Shown here: positions 28,328 through 38,067 of the stretch, piece after piece
How positions within the stretch are numbered: position 1 is the stretch's first letter
How the letters are laid out: each line of letters opens with the position of its first letter
DNA from: Elusimicrobiota bacterium
GTDB lineage: Bacteria; CG03; SLGR01; JBDRKX01
DNA length: 51,091 nucleotides
Direction of reading: 5' to 3'
Assembly: GCA_043813605.1 (NCBI GenBank)
Contig: JBDRKX010000044.1
Span: 1-51,091 of the forward strand
The notes under the pieces: model-generated
Told to the model about the DNA's origin: nothing
The model's database searches: none
The model's input: the letters and a program-made list of their open reading frames with translations, nothing else
Position numbers and translations under genes: made by a program

Positions 28328-29350
28328 TTATTCTCCCATAGTCAGCGCCATGACAGCCTTCTGTACATGAAGCCTGTTTTCTGCAATATCTATGATTATA
28401 GAACGCTTTCCGGAAGCAACCTCATCTGATACTTCATGCCCCCTGTCAACAGGCATGGGATGGGAAAAAAACGCATTATTGGAACGCTTCATCTTCTCTT
28501 CGTCACAGATCCAATCAGTGAACCTAAGGGCTTTTTCCACTTCTTCCGCTTTATGTAATTCTCCGCCGCTGTAAGCCTCTTTGCTCATCCAGTTCCTGGA
28601 GTATACTACATCAGCTCCGTCGTATGCCTCAAAAGGGTCATTTGTAGTACTGAATTCTGCACCGGTCTCGGAACAGTTTTTCTTAGTCCATTCCATAACC
28701 TCTTCATCAAGCTCGTAGCCTTCGGGGTAAGCTATCTTTATATTCATACCCATCCTGGAACATATGAGCATACTCTCCTGAACGGAACAGTAGGACCTTG
28801 CAAGGGCGCCATGCCCCCATACATGCAATATCGTCTTACCCTTCAGGTCCTTTCCCGCGTGTTTCCTGTATCCCATAACATCTGCCAGCCCCTGGCAGGG
28901 ATGAAATTTATCATGAGCCATACTTATCACAGGTATATCGCTGTATTCAGCGTACTCCCTTATAAGTGCATCGCCTTCACCGTATGCTCCTATCTTGTCT
29001 TCCAGTATTCTTATGCCTAGTCCACAACCGTATCTTGACATAACATTTGCCGCATCTTCTATTGTCTCTCCGGCACTCTTTGCAGTCTTAAGCCGCATTG
29101 ACTTGGGTTCAAGGAAAAGAGCATGTCCTCCAAGTTCAGTAGCTGCTATTTCAAACGACTGTCTGGTACGTACCGATGGATTATAGAAAAACATCAGGAA
29201 ACTGCGGTTATGAAGTATGCCGGAGAACTCGGGAGAATACCGCTTTTCCTGCATTTCCTCAGCAAGTTCAAGCACTTCTTTTAATTCATCAAGAGACCAC
29301 TCCTGCGTGGTTATTAGATCCCGCCCCTTAAGCCTGCATTTATTTTCCAT
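28328..29350 (-). CDS. Atypical (knotted-type) carbamoyltransferase 2
   Basis: FYNPSVRTRQSF, HPCQGLAD, HPMPVDRG in place of HCLP, AENRLHVQKA. Confidence 0.85.
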   Translation of the reverse strand: MENKCRLKGRDLITTQEWSLDELKEVLELAEEMQEKRYSPEFSGILHNRSFLMFFYNPSVRTRQSFEIAATELGGHALFLEPKSMRLKTAKSAGETIEDAANVMSRYGCGLGIRILEDKIGAYGEGDALIREYAEYSDIPVISMAHDKFHPCQGLADVMGYRKHAGKDLKGKTILHVWGHGALARSYCSVQESMLICSRMGMNIKIAYPEGYELDEEVMEWTKKNCSETGAEFSTTNDPFEAYDGADVVYSRNWMSKEAYSGGELHKAEEVEKALRFTDWICDEEKMKRSNNAFFSHPMPVDRGHEVSDEVASGKRSIIIDIAENRLHVQKAVMALTMGE

Positions 29351-29377
29351 TTCTCATTCCTCCTGCTCTGATAAACA

Positions 29378-30457
29378 TTAAAGGCGGCCGCCCATCAACA
29401 ACGCCATTATAGCTTTATGCGCATGCAGCCTGTTTTCCGCTTCGTCGATAACTACAGATTGCGGGCCGTCTATCACATCATCTGTGACTTCCTGGCTTCT
29501 ATCCGCAGGCAGACAATGCATATACACACCATTTTTGTCTATCATATCCATCTGTTTCTGTGTAGTCATCCAGCCTTTAGCCAGTTCATTGACTCTGGTA
29601 GCTTCTGTATGATCCTGATCTTTGATCTTTTTTCCGGTTTCCGGATCAAAATAATTGAAACATGTATGCGCGCCCCATGCTTTAGGATAAACTACATGGG
29701 CCCCCTCAAAACCCTTGTCAAAATCATTTATTATTTTAAATGATCCACAATACTGATCAGCATTTTGTTTACACTTTTCAATTATATCCGGATCAAGATC
29801 ATATCCCTCCGGATGAGCAAGAGTAACATCCATGCCCATCAGTGTAGCTGCCAGTATAACACTCTGGGGTACAGCTCTCGGTTTTTCAATAGATCCCGAA
29901 TAAGCGAACGACATTGTAAGTTTCAGTCCCTTAAAAGTACCGAATTTTTCTTTTATTGTCATCAGATCAGCTAATGCCTGACATGGATGATATTTATCAC
30001 ATTCCATATTTATAATGGGACAGGATGCATATTCCGCGAACTCCTGCATGGTAGCGTGCGCGAATCCGTAATTCCATCCGGCCGGAGGACCGTACATCCT
30101 TATTGCAATAGCATCACCGACACGGCTCAGCATTCTTGCCACATCAGAGATTCTTTCAGTCTGATAAGGAATATCATAGCCTTTTCTGGCGGGAGTATAT
30201 GTCTTTCCCGGCTCCAGAGAACTGTGGTATCCGCCCAGCTGCTGTATACCTGCATCAAAAGTACTTCTTGTACGCAAAGATTGATTAAAAAACATTGTAA
30301 ACAAAGTCTTTCCTTTAAGGATACCGGCAGTGTCTTCACCCATCTGAAAGCGCCGTTTTAATTCAAAACCGACATCCATCAGAGTTTCCCATTCTTCCTT
30401 TGAGTAACTAAATTCAGGATCTAGCCAATCTCTTCCCAAAAAACCGTTTGTCTTCAT
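29378..30457 (-). CDS. YgeW-like knotted carbamoyltransferase 1
   Basis: FFNQSLRT, HPCQALAD, FAYSGS..KP.AVPQ, YPKAW, YMHCLPAD resemble YgeW/AOTCase motifs. Confidence 0.8.
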   Translation of the reverse strand: MKTNGFLGRDWLDPEFSYSKEEWETLMDVGFELKRRFQMGEDTAGILKGKTLFTMFFNQSLRTRSTFDAGIQQLGGYHSSLEPGKTYTPARKGYDIPYQTERISDVARMLSRVGDAIAIRMYGPPAGWNYGFAHATMQEFAEYASCPIINMECDKYHPCQALADLMTIKEKFGTFKGLKLTMSFAYSGSIEKPRAVPQSVILAATLMGMDVTLAHPEGYDLDPDIIEKCKQNADQYCGSFKIINDFDKGFEGAHVVYPKAWGAHTCFNYFDPETGKKIKDQDHTEATRVNELAKGWMTTQKQMDMIDKNGVYMHCLPADRSQEVTDDVIDGPQSVVIDEAENRLHAHKAIMALLMGGRL

Positions 30458-30493
30458 TCTCTTCCTCCTCTCAAACAGAACAATACATTTCAG

Positions 30494-30522
30494 ATTTTAT
30501 TAGAAACACGCATTTATGTCAA
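30494..30522 (-). promoter_or_regulatory. Sigma70 promoter upstream of the carbamoyltransferase genes
   Basis: TTGACA (30522-30517), 17 nt, TAAAAT (30499-30494). Confidence 0.7.
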
Positions 30523-30526
30523 AGTA

Positions 30527-31528
30527 TTATTTTGCAGCTTTTTCTTCATTCTCTATCCTGAACTCGCGCATTGCTGTGTAAGATACTTCTCCCCACCAGT
30601 TTTCAACCCGGCACCTCAGCCTGTAGCCGCCAGGCGGAAGCTTGCTGTAATCAAAAACGATATCATACGGCGGCCGGGTTACCGGCCAACCTGTATCTTT
30701 CCACTCACTGCCGTCGAATATCTGTACCCATACTTCCATAATCCGGCGGCCTGTCACGGATGTTCTGACAAGATATCTTTGAGGCCTTACCGGGTGTTGT
30801 TCGAAAGCAGTGATATCTATATCCGGACGCGGCGGATTTTTTCCAACAAGTTTTATTGCAATAGCCGGCTCAAAATACTTAATATTCCTTATTTCATCCT
30901 CTTTTTCTCCTTTAACAAGGTATGAGTTAGTGTTTTTATTTGAACCAAGTCCTCCTGCAAGAACAGGAGCAACATCTGATGCATCAAGTCCCTCGTCATC
31001 GCTCCATACATGTACATAATTCGGTTTATCTGTAATAAGCATACTTTTGTCAACTTTTACCCAGAACCAGCGGCTGTCAGATATACCTTCAACCGCACTC
31101 ATCCCAGATCCTTCCAGAGGTATATTATCAGTCATAACCAGCAGTTTACTTACGGTTGGTTTTTGTCCGGGCGAATCAGATATTCCTATAAGTATCCGGT
31201 AAGGACCTGTATCGGGATTCTGTTTACCGGTACGTTTTGTCTTTATTTCTCTTATCTGCTCGGCAGTTAAAGCACGACCCAGTTTAGCCCCCAGGTAGAC
31301 ACCGGCATACCAGTTATCTGTTACAGGCGGAAGTTCTGACACCCACCTGTGTTTATATCCGACAAACCAGTTTCCGTCCCAGCCGCCGTTTGCAAAAAGC
31401 GTATATTCTCCGGGTGTAGGCAACTCTGCTATAAATTTTACCTCCTCTCCATTTTCCGCAGCCGAGAGGTGCCATAAAACAAGAACTAAAGATATAACCG
31501 CCGTTGCAATTTTCAATCTACTATTCAT
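30527..31528 (-). CDS. Secreted hypothetical protein with a C-terminal Ig-like domain
   Basis: Signal peptide; GGWDGNWFVGY motif; PPY...D...LPPGGYRLR..V.N.WG Ig-like end. Confidence 0.7.
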   Translation of the reverse strand: MNSRLKIATAVISLVLVLWHLSAAENGEEVKFIAELPTPGEYTLFANGGWDGNWFVGYKHRWVSELPPVTDNWYAGVYLGAKLGRALTAEQIREIKTKRTGKQNPDTGPYRILIGISDSPGQKPTVSKLLVMTDNIPLEGSGMSAVEGISDSRWFWVKVDKSMLITDKPNYVHVWSDDEGLDASDVAPVLAGGLGSNKNTNSYLVKGEKEDEIRNIKYFEPAIAIKLVGKNPPRPDIDITAFEQHPVRPQRYLVRTSVTGRRIMEVWVQIFDGSEWKDTGWPVTRPPYDIVFDYSKLPPGGYRLRCRVENWWGEVSYTAMREFRIENEEKAAK

Positions 31529-32609
31529 TACTGTCTTTTATCCCGGCTATATACTGCGGTAATCGAGAAAAAAATGAAGTTGCCTGTATTACCGATCGTA
31601 TTTCTATCCTTTCTCCGGCAGAATGTGCATCAGTCTCTACGCCCGGGCCGAAACCGATAGTCGGTATCCCGAGTACTCCTGCGGAAAAAGAACCGTTAGT
31701 ACAGAAATTCCACACCATTACCTCGGCTTCTCCCAGCTCTTTCTGAAGACATTCTTCAGCTGCCCTGACAAGCTGATGGCCGGCATCCATTTCCCAGCCG
31801 CTATAATAAGGCGTTATAGCGTTGACATCATCTTTTTCCTCTACCAGATTACGTAACTTATCAAGAATTTCCGCTTCACTACGGCCGACACCGGCCCTGT
31901 AATCACAATAGATACTGCAGGTTTCCGGAATGATATTGATATTAGTATTCGATGTTTCTGCTTTTGTAACGGCAACTGAATCTTCCTGGAGTTCGTCATT
32001 CAGACTCTGAATACTGTTGATGATACCGGCCGCCCTGTATAACGCATTCTCACCGGTTGTCGGATATCCTGCATGCCCGGCCCGGCCTTTTATATCAAGC
32101 CTGACTGCCAGACGGCCCCTGTTGCCGCGCGCAAGCCTCAATGACGACGGCTCGGCAATTACAACATAATCAGGATTTATTCCGGTAGATGACAGGAATT
32201 CCTTCATCCCGTTACCTTCGGTTATTTCTTCCCTAACACTTGCCAGTACATAGAGCGATATAGTATCTTCTATTGCGGCTGATGCTCCGCCGTGGATAAT
32301 AGCCGCTAGAGAGCCCTTATCATCACAAGCGCCGCGGCCGTATATATATCCATCTTTTTCCACAGCCCGGTAGGGATCAGTTGTCCACCCGCTGCCTGGC
32401 TCTACTACATCCATATGGGCGTCATAGAGTATGTTTATTTTTCCCCGGCCTTTTTTACCGCATATATTCCCGCCTGCCTCTATCACCTCATCATAATCAA
32501 GCTTCTCAAATTCCTCCCTCACACGCGCTGCCACACCGGATTCTTTTCCGGAAAGAGAAGGTATTTCTATCAGGTCTTTCAGAAATTTTAAAAGCACAGT
32601 CTCAGACAC
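31521..32609 (-). CDS. M20 family metallo-hydrolase, YgeY-like
   Basis: DAHMDVV, YGRGACDDKG, SVREE, IAEPS...RGNRGR, W.FCTNG...G..GIPTIGFGPG.E..AH. Confidence 0.85.
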   Translation of the reverse strand: MSETVLLKFLKDLIEIPSLSGKESGVAARVREEFEKLDYDEVIEAGGNICGKKGRGKINILYDAHMDVVEPGSGWTTDPYRAVEKDGYIYGRGACDDKGSLAAIIHGGASAAIEDTISLYVLASVREEITEGNGMKEFLSSTGINPDYVVIAEPSSLRLARGNRGRLAVRLDIKGRAGHAGYPTTGENALYRAAGIINSIQSLNDELQEDSVAVTKAETSNTNINIIPETCSIYCDYRAGVGRSEAEILDKLRNLVEEKDDVNAITPYYSGWEMDAGHQLVRAAEECLQKELGEAEVMVWNFCTNGSFSAGVLGIPTIGFGPGVETDAHSAGERIEIRSVIQATSFFSRLPQYIAGIKDSNE

Positions 32610-33921
32610 CTAGTTTTTCCCAAAGTTTTGCGGATACTTCCCGTGAGTGCCGATTGATCTCAGCCTCATCAATATTGTTCATTTTTCTGTTCTGCATTAT
32701 TATCTTTCCGTTGCATATGGTTGTATCTACACAGGAAGAAACCAGGCCGAAAAGCAAATGTCCCAGTAAGTTACTTTCATTGAATCTAGTAGGAGGACAG
32801 TAATCAATAAAGATAATATCCGCTGAATTGCCTGATGCTATTTCCCCCATATCCCATCCGGTGATTTTATTGAGTATTGCAGGATTATTCTTTAACAGCA
32901 TACTTGGAATTTCTGAAAAACCCGCACTCGGATCCCTGTGTTCATGCCTTGCCAGAAGAAAAGCGCACCTGGTCTGGGCAAGCATATCCGAACTCATTCC
33001 GTCAGTCCCTATGCCGATATCTATACCTCTGTTATACATATCCAGGACTTTTGCATATCCCACAGCGTTATTCATATTACTCTCAGGATTATGCACAACG
33101 GATGTCCCGGTATCTCTGATAATATCCATCTCACCGGCATCTATATGAATAGCATGAACCAGTATGCTTTTTTCCCCAAGTACGCCTGCATTCAGGAATC
33201 TCCTGACTACGGTATTAAAATACTTCTGTTTTGTGATCTCCTGGTCGCAACCATCTTCGGCGCAATGTACATTGATACCTACCCCGAACTCTTCTGCAAG
33301 TTCGGCACTTCGACGCAATGTATTATCCTCTACCGTAAACGATGCATGAAGTCCTATCATACCTTTTATATTCGGAGAATCCTTTCTAAGGAACCTCTCA
33401 TTTTCTTCTATACCACGGGCGCCTTTCCCATACCTGTCAGATGTTCCCAGACAGAGCACCGCTTTCATGCCTATCTCTTCTACTGCTTTTTTTATTTCGT
33501 CGAGGCTGCCTATCTGGTAAGACTGGCTCTCGTGATGATCTATAACGGCTGTAACACCGTTTTTTGCCGAATCTATCAGAGGTATTAGAGAGGAATAATA
33601 GATAGCTTCCTGAAAAAGCGCATCATCCAGCTTCCACCAGAGTTTTTCAAGTATCTCGCTGAAATTTTTCGCCGGTTCTCCGGGAATACTCATCCCCCTG
33701 GCAAAAGTAGAATAAAGATGATGGTGAGTATTAACAAAAGCAGGCATTACTACTTTACCTTTTGCATCCAGCACATCTGCATTCGCATACTTTGATTTCA
33801 TATCTTCAAGAGTACCTACATCTTTAATATAACTGCCTTCAATAACGACCGCACCGGGATCTATTACCCGGTTGTTCTTACCGAGTGTTACGACAGCCCC
33901 ACCTTCTATCAGCATAGTCAT
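32602..33921 (-). CDS. ssnA: Aminohydrolase SsnA
   Basis: NTHHHLYSTFARG, LWWKLD, GVT..IDHH, GLHASFT, HNPESNMNNAVG, GTDG. Confidence 0.88.
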   Translation of the reverse strand: MTMLIEGGAVVTLGKNNRVIDPGAVVIEGSYIKDVGTLEDMKSKYANADVLDAKGKVVMPAFVNTHHHLYSTFARGMSIPGEPAKNFSEILEKLWWKLDDALFQEAIYYSSLIPLIDSAKNGVTAVIDHHESQSYQIGSLDEIKKAVEEIGMKAVLCLGTSDRYGKGARGIEENERFLRKDSPNIKGMIGLHASFTVEDNTLRRSAELAEEFGVGINVHCAEDGCDQEITKQKYFNTVVRRFLNAGVLGEKSILVHAIHIDAGEMDIIRDTGTSVVHNPESNMNNAVGYAKVLDMYNRGIDIGIGTDGMSSDMLAQTRCAFLLARHEHRDPSAGFSEIPSMLLKNNPAILNKITGWDMGEIASGNSADIIFIDYCPPTRFNESNLLGHLLFGLVSSCVDTTICNGKIIMQNRKMNNIDEAEINRHSREVSAKLWEKLGV

Positions 33922-33936
33922 TATATTACTCCTTTT

Positions 33937-34875
33937 TCATTCCTCCAGATTTATGGCAAGAGAGGAGGCAGCATACTCCGCCCTGCTTCTTACTCTGGCA
34001 TCGCTGTCTTTTGCCGCTTCTTTAAGAACGTTCACGACTTCCTCGTTCTTTACTCCTATATAGCTTATTGCCATTATTGCCTGCCTTCTGATATTGACGT
34101 CGTCAGATCGAGCAGCCGAAAGTGCTACTTTAAGACCACTATCTTCACCCAGTTTTCCCAGCGATATGGCAGCATTCACTGCAATCTCTTTATCATCCGA
34201 TTCAATGAGCTGTTCCAGTAATTTAAGCGTCTTGGCAGTTTTTATCTCGCCGAGTGCCTCTATAGCATAATTCATTACGCGCCGGTCCTCTTTTTTATTG
34301 TTTATCACATCAATCAACGGACCGGCTGCACTTTCCGCGGCCAGTTTTCCCAGTGATCTTGCTGCTTGAGCCCTGACACGTACATTACTGTCCGAAAGCA
34401 GATTAATCAGCGGATTTACTGATTTTTGATCACCCATCACCCCTAAAACCTGGGCTGCACTTATGCGCACACCTACTTCACTGTCACGCTGAAGGATTTT
34501 TATTATCGGTTCTACCGCAGTAATATCTCTGATAAATCCGAGAGCGACTACAGCACTTATTCTGACACTTCTATTATCATCTTTCAACAGTTTAATAATA
34601 GGGTTGACCGCCCTCCGGTCCCTCAGATTACCCAGTGCTTCAGCGGCACTGGAACGTACGCCGGAATCTTCATCTTCCAATGCCTCTATCAATGCCGGCA
34701 CAGTTTCTATTGATCTTAATCCTGCCAGTTCAGCAGCAGCCTGGCGCCGGGCGGCCACATCGGTGGATTTCAAGACTTCCATAGCACTGGTCGCTCTTTC
34801 AGATATCGCAGAACTGATACCCGCGCATGTGAAAACCGGTAACAACAACAGCAAACTGATCCTGTTAATATTCAT
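33937..34875 (-). CDS. Exported HEAT-repeat protein
   Basis: Signal peptide; repeated L...L.D....VR..AA.ALG units. Confidence 0.88.
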   Translation of the reverse strand: MNINRISLLLLLPVFTCAGISSAISERATSAMEVLKSTDVAARRQAAAELAGLRSIETVPALIEALEDEDSGVRSSAAEALGNLRDRRAVNPIIKLLKDDNRSVRISAVVALGFIRDITAVEPIIKILQRDSEVGVRISAAQVLGVMGDQKSVNPLINLLSDSNVRVRAQAARSLGKLAAESAAGPLIDVINNKKEDRRVMNYAIEALGEIKTAKTLKLLEQLIESDDKEIAVNAAISLGKLGEDSGLKVALSAARSDDVNIRRQAIMAISYIGVKNEEVVNVLKEAAKDSDARVRSRAEYAASSLAINLEE

Positions 34876-34892
34876 ATTTCCTCACTGTATTC

Positions 34893-35846
34893 CTACTCCT
34901 TGCTCATGACCTGCTTCAATGCTTTAACAGCAGCTTTTTGTACTCTCCTGTCAAAATCCCGGGATGCCTGCTCCAGGAAGATAATGGATTCCATACTGCC
35001 GGATATACCCAATACTTCACAGGCTATGATCCTTATTCTGGCATCAGTTGATTTTGTTCCCTGAATAGCCTCGCCTAAGCCGGCATTTGAACCGTTCAAT
35101 GAAAGGCTTTTCGCCGCAGTCATCCTGACAAACGGAGAATTATCCGCAAGTGCTTTTTTCAAAAATTCTTCACTAACGGGATTCGCTATGTTTCCCAGGG
35201 CTTCTGCGGCATAACGCCTCACTACTTCCGACTTATCTTCAGCAAGAACTCCTCCCAAAAAAGGGATTGCCTTTAAAATTTGTTTTTCTCCGAGCACAAC
35301 CGCTGCTGACACCCTGACCCCTTCGCTTATATCCAAAAGTTTTTCTATAAGAATATCTATTACCTGATTATTGTTTTTTTTCAATCGACCGAGGTATGCA
35401 ACAGCTTTCTGCCTGATAACAGGATTAGCCGCGGCTGATTCCCTGATAATTGCATCTCTTACTTGAAGCGAATCAAAATTAACAGCAGCACCCATCGCTT
35501 CTGTTTTTATGGATAATGATTCCGATGAAATAGACTTAAGTATCAGGGGCAGGGATACGGGATCACCTATCTGCCCCAGACTCTTCAATGCAACCCTTTT
35601 CACCATTTCACTTAAATCTTTTTCTGCCGAAGTACATAGAGCATTTACTACATTGGGATGAGAATAGTCTCCCAGTCTGAGCGCAGCATTCACTCTCTCT
35701 TTTTCTACCGGAGAAAAAAGTTTTCCCAGAAGAACCTGTGCCGATGGAGAAACCGGTTCAAATCCTTTTTTTTCAACAGCGGCCTGTAAAAATACAGTCG
35801 CTGTATAAAAAAATACAACGACCAGAATTACACGCAGTATCTTCAA
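34893..35846 (-). CDS. Exported HEAT-repeat protein
   Basis: Signal peptide; repeated VR..AA..LG units. Confidence 0.85.
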   Translation of the reverse strand: MKILRVILVVVFFYTATVFLQAAVEKKGFEPVSPSAQVLLGKLFSPVEKERVNAALRLGDYSHPNVVNALCTSAEKDLSEMVKRVALKSLGQIGDPVSLPLILKSISSESLSIKTEAMGAAVNFDSLQVRDAIIRESAAANPVIRQKAVAYLGRLKKNNNQVIDILIEKLLDISEGVRVSAAVVLGEKQILKAIPFLGGVLAEDKSEVVRRYAAEALGNIANPVSEEFLKKALADNSPFVRMTAAKSLSLNGSNAGLGEAIQGTKSTDARIRIIACEVLGISGSMESIIFLEQASRDFDRRVQKAAVKALKQVMSKE

Positions 35847-35847
35847 T

Positions 35848-37203
35848 TTAATATCTCCTGAGATTCCGGGAAACCCTATTCGCCTCTTCTGTTAATTCTA
35901 CCGAATCAACATCTACCAGTTTTGAGTCTCTTACTCTTATCCGTCCGTTCACTATTACAGTATCAGCTATATGGCAGGCGCCCGCGAATACTAAAGCAGC
36001 GGGATAATCGCTTTCCGCGCCCGCATATTCTATCCGATTCATATTAAAAACCGCCACATCCGCAGCTTTGCCTTCTTCTATACTTCCTATATCGTTACGG
36101 CCAAGTACACGGGCACCGCCTCTTGTCGCCATATATAACACGTCCTTCGCACTCATTGACTCGACACCGGATTTTATTCTAGCTGAGAGTAATGACATCC
36201 TCAATTCCCCTAACATATCCGAGGAATCATTTGAAGCTGACCCGTCTACGGCAAGGGAGACATTGACGCCCGCATCAAGCATTTTTCTCACCGGAGCTAT
36301 CCCCGATCCAAGCCTCATATTCGAAGTCGGACAATGTGCCACACCGCTTCCTGATCCGGCGAGTTTTTTTATTTCTTCATCAGACAAATGCACGCAATGA
36401 GCGAACCAGACATCATCACCCAGCCATCCGACTTTTTCCATATAATCCACAGGGCGGAGGCCGAATTTTTCCAGACAGAATTTCTCTTCGTCTTCTGTTT
36501 CCGCAAGATGCGTATGCAGAAAAACCCCCTTTTCCCTAGCAAGTTCCTGCGTCCTCACCATTGTTTTTTCAGTAACAGAAAAGGGTGAACACGGTGCCAG
36601 GACAATCCTCAGCATAGAGAACTCCTGCGGGTCATGATACTCCTCAATTATACGTTTTGATTCCGAGATTATAGTATCATCATCCTGGACTACGCAATCA
36701 GGCGGCAATCCGCCGTCAGATTCACCTAACGACATACTGCCCCTTGTCGGATGAAATCTTATTCCCATACGGGCAGCAGCTAGGATCTCTATACCGATAA
36801 AATCCTCTTTGCTCTTTTCTGGATGTATATACAGATGGTCGCTCGTTGTCGTACACCCTGTCAGAAGGAGTTCTCCTATACCAACCATAGTACTCACATC
36901 TACAGCATGGCCGTCTATGTTTTTCCATATATTATACAGGTATTTGAGCCAGTCAAAAAGTTTTGCATTTTGTACTTCGGGTATGTTTCTGGTAAGAGTC
37001 TGATACAGGTGGTGATGTGTATTCACCAGCCCGGGAATCACTATTTTTCCATGTGCGTCTATTATCTCATCTGCCGGCTCATCTTTATCCGTAACCTTAC
37101 TGATAACATTGTCTTTTATCAGCAGATTTTTATCTGAGTATATATTATTATCGTCATCACAAGTCATAATGACAGATGCATTTTTAATAAGAATAGACGG
37201 CAT
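35848..37203 (-). CDS. 8-oxoguanine deaminase-like amidohydrolase
   Basis: PGLVNTHHHLYQTLTR, LAPCSPF, HTHLAET, HCPTSNMRLGSG, AVDGSASND. Confidence 0.88.
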   Translation of the reverse strand: MPSILIKNASVIMTCDDDNNIYSDKNLLIKDNVISKVTDKDEPADEIIDAHGKIVIPGLVNTHHHLYQTLTRNIPEVQNAKLFDWLKYLYNIWKNIDGHAVDVSTMVGIGELLLTGCTTTSDHLYIHPEKSKEDFIGIEILAAARMGIRFHPTRGSMSLGESDGGLPPDCVVQDDDTIISESKRIIEEYHDPQEFSMLRIVLAPCSPFSVTEKTMVRTQELAREKGVFLHTHLAETEDEEKFCLEKFGLRPVDYMEKVGWLGDDVWFAHCVHLSDEEIKKLAGSGSGVAHCPTSNMRLGSGIAPVRKMLDAGVNVSLAVDGSASNDSSDMLGELRMSLLSARIKSGVESMSAKDVLYMATRGGARVLGRNDIGSIEEGKAADVAVFNMNRIEYAGAESDYPAALVFAGACHIADTVIVNGRIRVRDSKLVDVDSVELTEEANRVSRNLRRY

Positions 37204-37236
37204 ATATACTCCTTAAAAACAACACAATCATCAAGG

Positions 37237-37516
37237 GGTGCCGGGGGCGGGACTTTTTCTCTCTCGCTCCCGGTCCTCCCGCTCATTCGAAACCGGGGAA
37301 TCCTTCTGACAGCCTCCGGCTTTTTCATCCACCGGATGCGAAGAATTCCCTTCAAGTCCCTCTTATTTTAAAATATGGTGCCGGGGGCGGGACTTTTTCT
37401 CTCTCGCTCCCAGTCCTCCCGCTCATTCGAAACCGGGGAATCCTTCTGACAGCCTCCGGCTTTTTCATCCACCGGATGCGAAGAATTCCCTTCAAGTCCC
37501 TCTTATTTTAAAATAT
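37237..37516. repeat. Two tandem 140-bp repeats each carrying the 3' end of tRNA-Leu
   Basis: Units 37237-37376 and 37377-37516 differ at one position (37272 G / 37412 A); each starts with GGTGCCGGGGGCGGGACTT, identical to 37517-37535. Confidence 0.95.
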
Positions 37517-37604
37517 GGTGCCGGGGGCGGGACTTGAACCCGCACGGCGCTTTAGCACCAGCGGATTTTAAGTCCGCTATGTCTGCCAATTCCATCACCC
37601 CGGC
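37516..37604 (-). tRNA. tRNA-Leu(TAA)
   Basis: GCCGGGG acceptor, GCGGA-CTTAAAA-TCCGC anticodon arm, long variable arm, GTTCAAGTC, encoded CCA. Confidence 0.97.
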
Positions 37605-37622
37605 ATTCGCACCGTATTATAA

Positions 37623-37651
37623 ATGATAATTCTTTTAAAAATTAAAGTCAA
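37623..37651 (-). promoter_or_regulatory. Sigma70 promoter of tRNA-Leu
   Basis: TTGACT-17 nt-TATCAT on the minus strand. Confidence 0.6.
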
Positions 37652-37742
37652 TTTACGATTATAATTCTATTTTATTTAATTTTATAATATTAATATGACT
37701 AAAATACGTACATAAACAGGAAAATTTCTGATAGCGGGTTTT

Positions 37743-38051
37743 TTAGTAAACTGAGAATAAAACGAGAAGAACACCCAGAATGAGCATTATAATTGACAGA
37801 AACCATATAAAAAAATCTGGATCTTCAAAAGCCCGTTCACGGTATTTCATATAGAGGTAAACATTGTAAATATAATATGAAAATACGACTGCAAAGGAAA
37901 GTATACCGGGCCAAAAACGGGGTTTTTCCAGAAACCTGAAATCTATTACATATATGACCGGTATGAGCAGGATCGCGAGCGTATAGGGCCAACAGCAATC
38001 TTTCGTATAGAATATAAGTATTTTTTTAAGTAATGATCGGTTTTTTCCCAT
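37743..38051 (-). CDS. Small membrane protein
   Basis: 102 aa with three hydrophobic segments. Confidence 0.6.
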   Translation of the reverse strand: MGKNRSLLKKILIFYTKDCCWPYTLAILLIPVIYVIDFRFLEKPRFWPGILSFAVVFSYYIYNVYLYMKYRERAFEDPDFFIWFLSIIMLILGVLLVLFSVY

Positions 38052-38067
38052 ATAATAATGGATTTAT

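Noticed and set aside
37164..37355. 63-aa ORF across the tRNA-linked repeat
   Set aside because: Lies in repeat DNA, overlaps the deaminase start and has no protein-like features.
37237..37535. CRISPR array interpretation of the repeated GGTGCCGGGGGCGGGACTT
   Set aside because: The intervening sequences are near-identical and about 120 bp, the repeat is a tRNA 3' end, and no cas genes are present.
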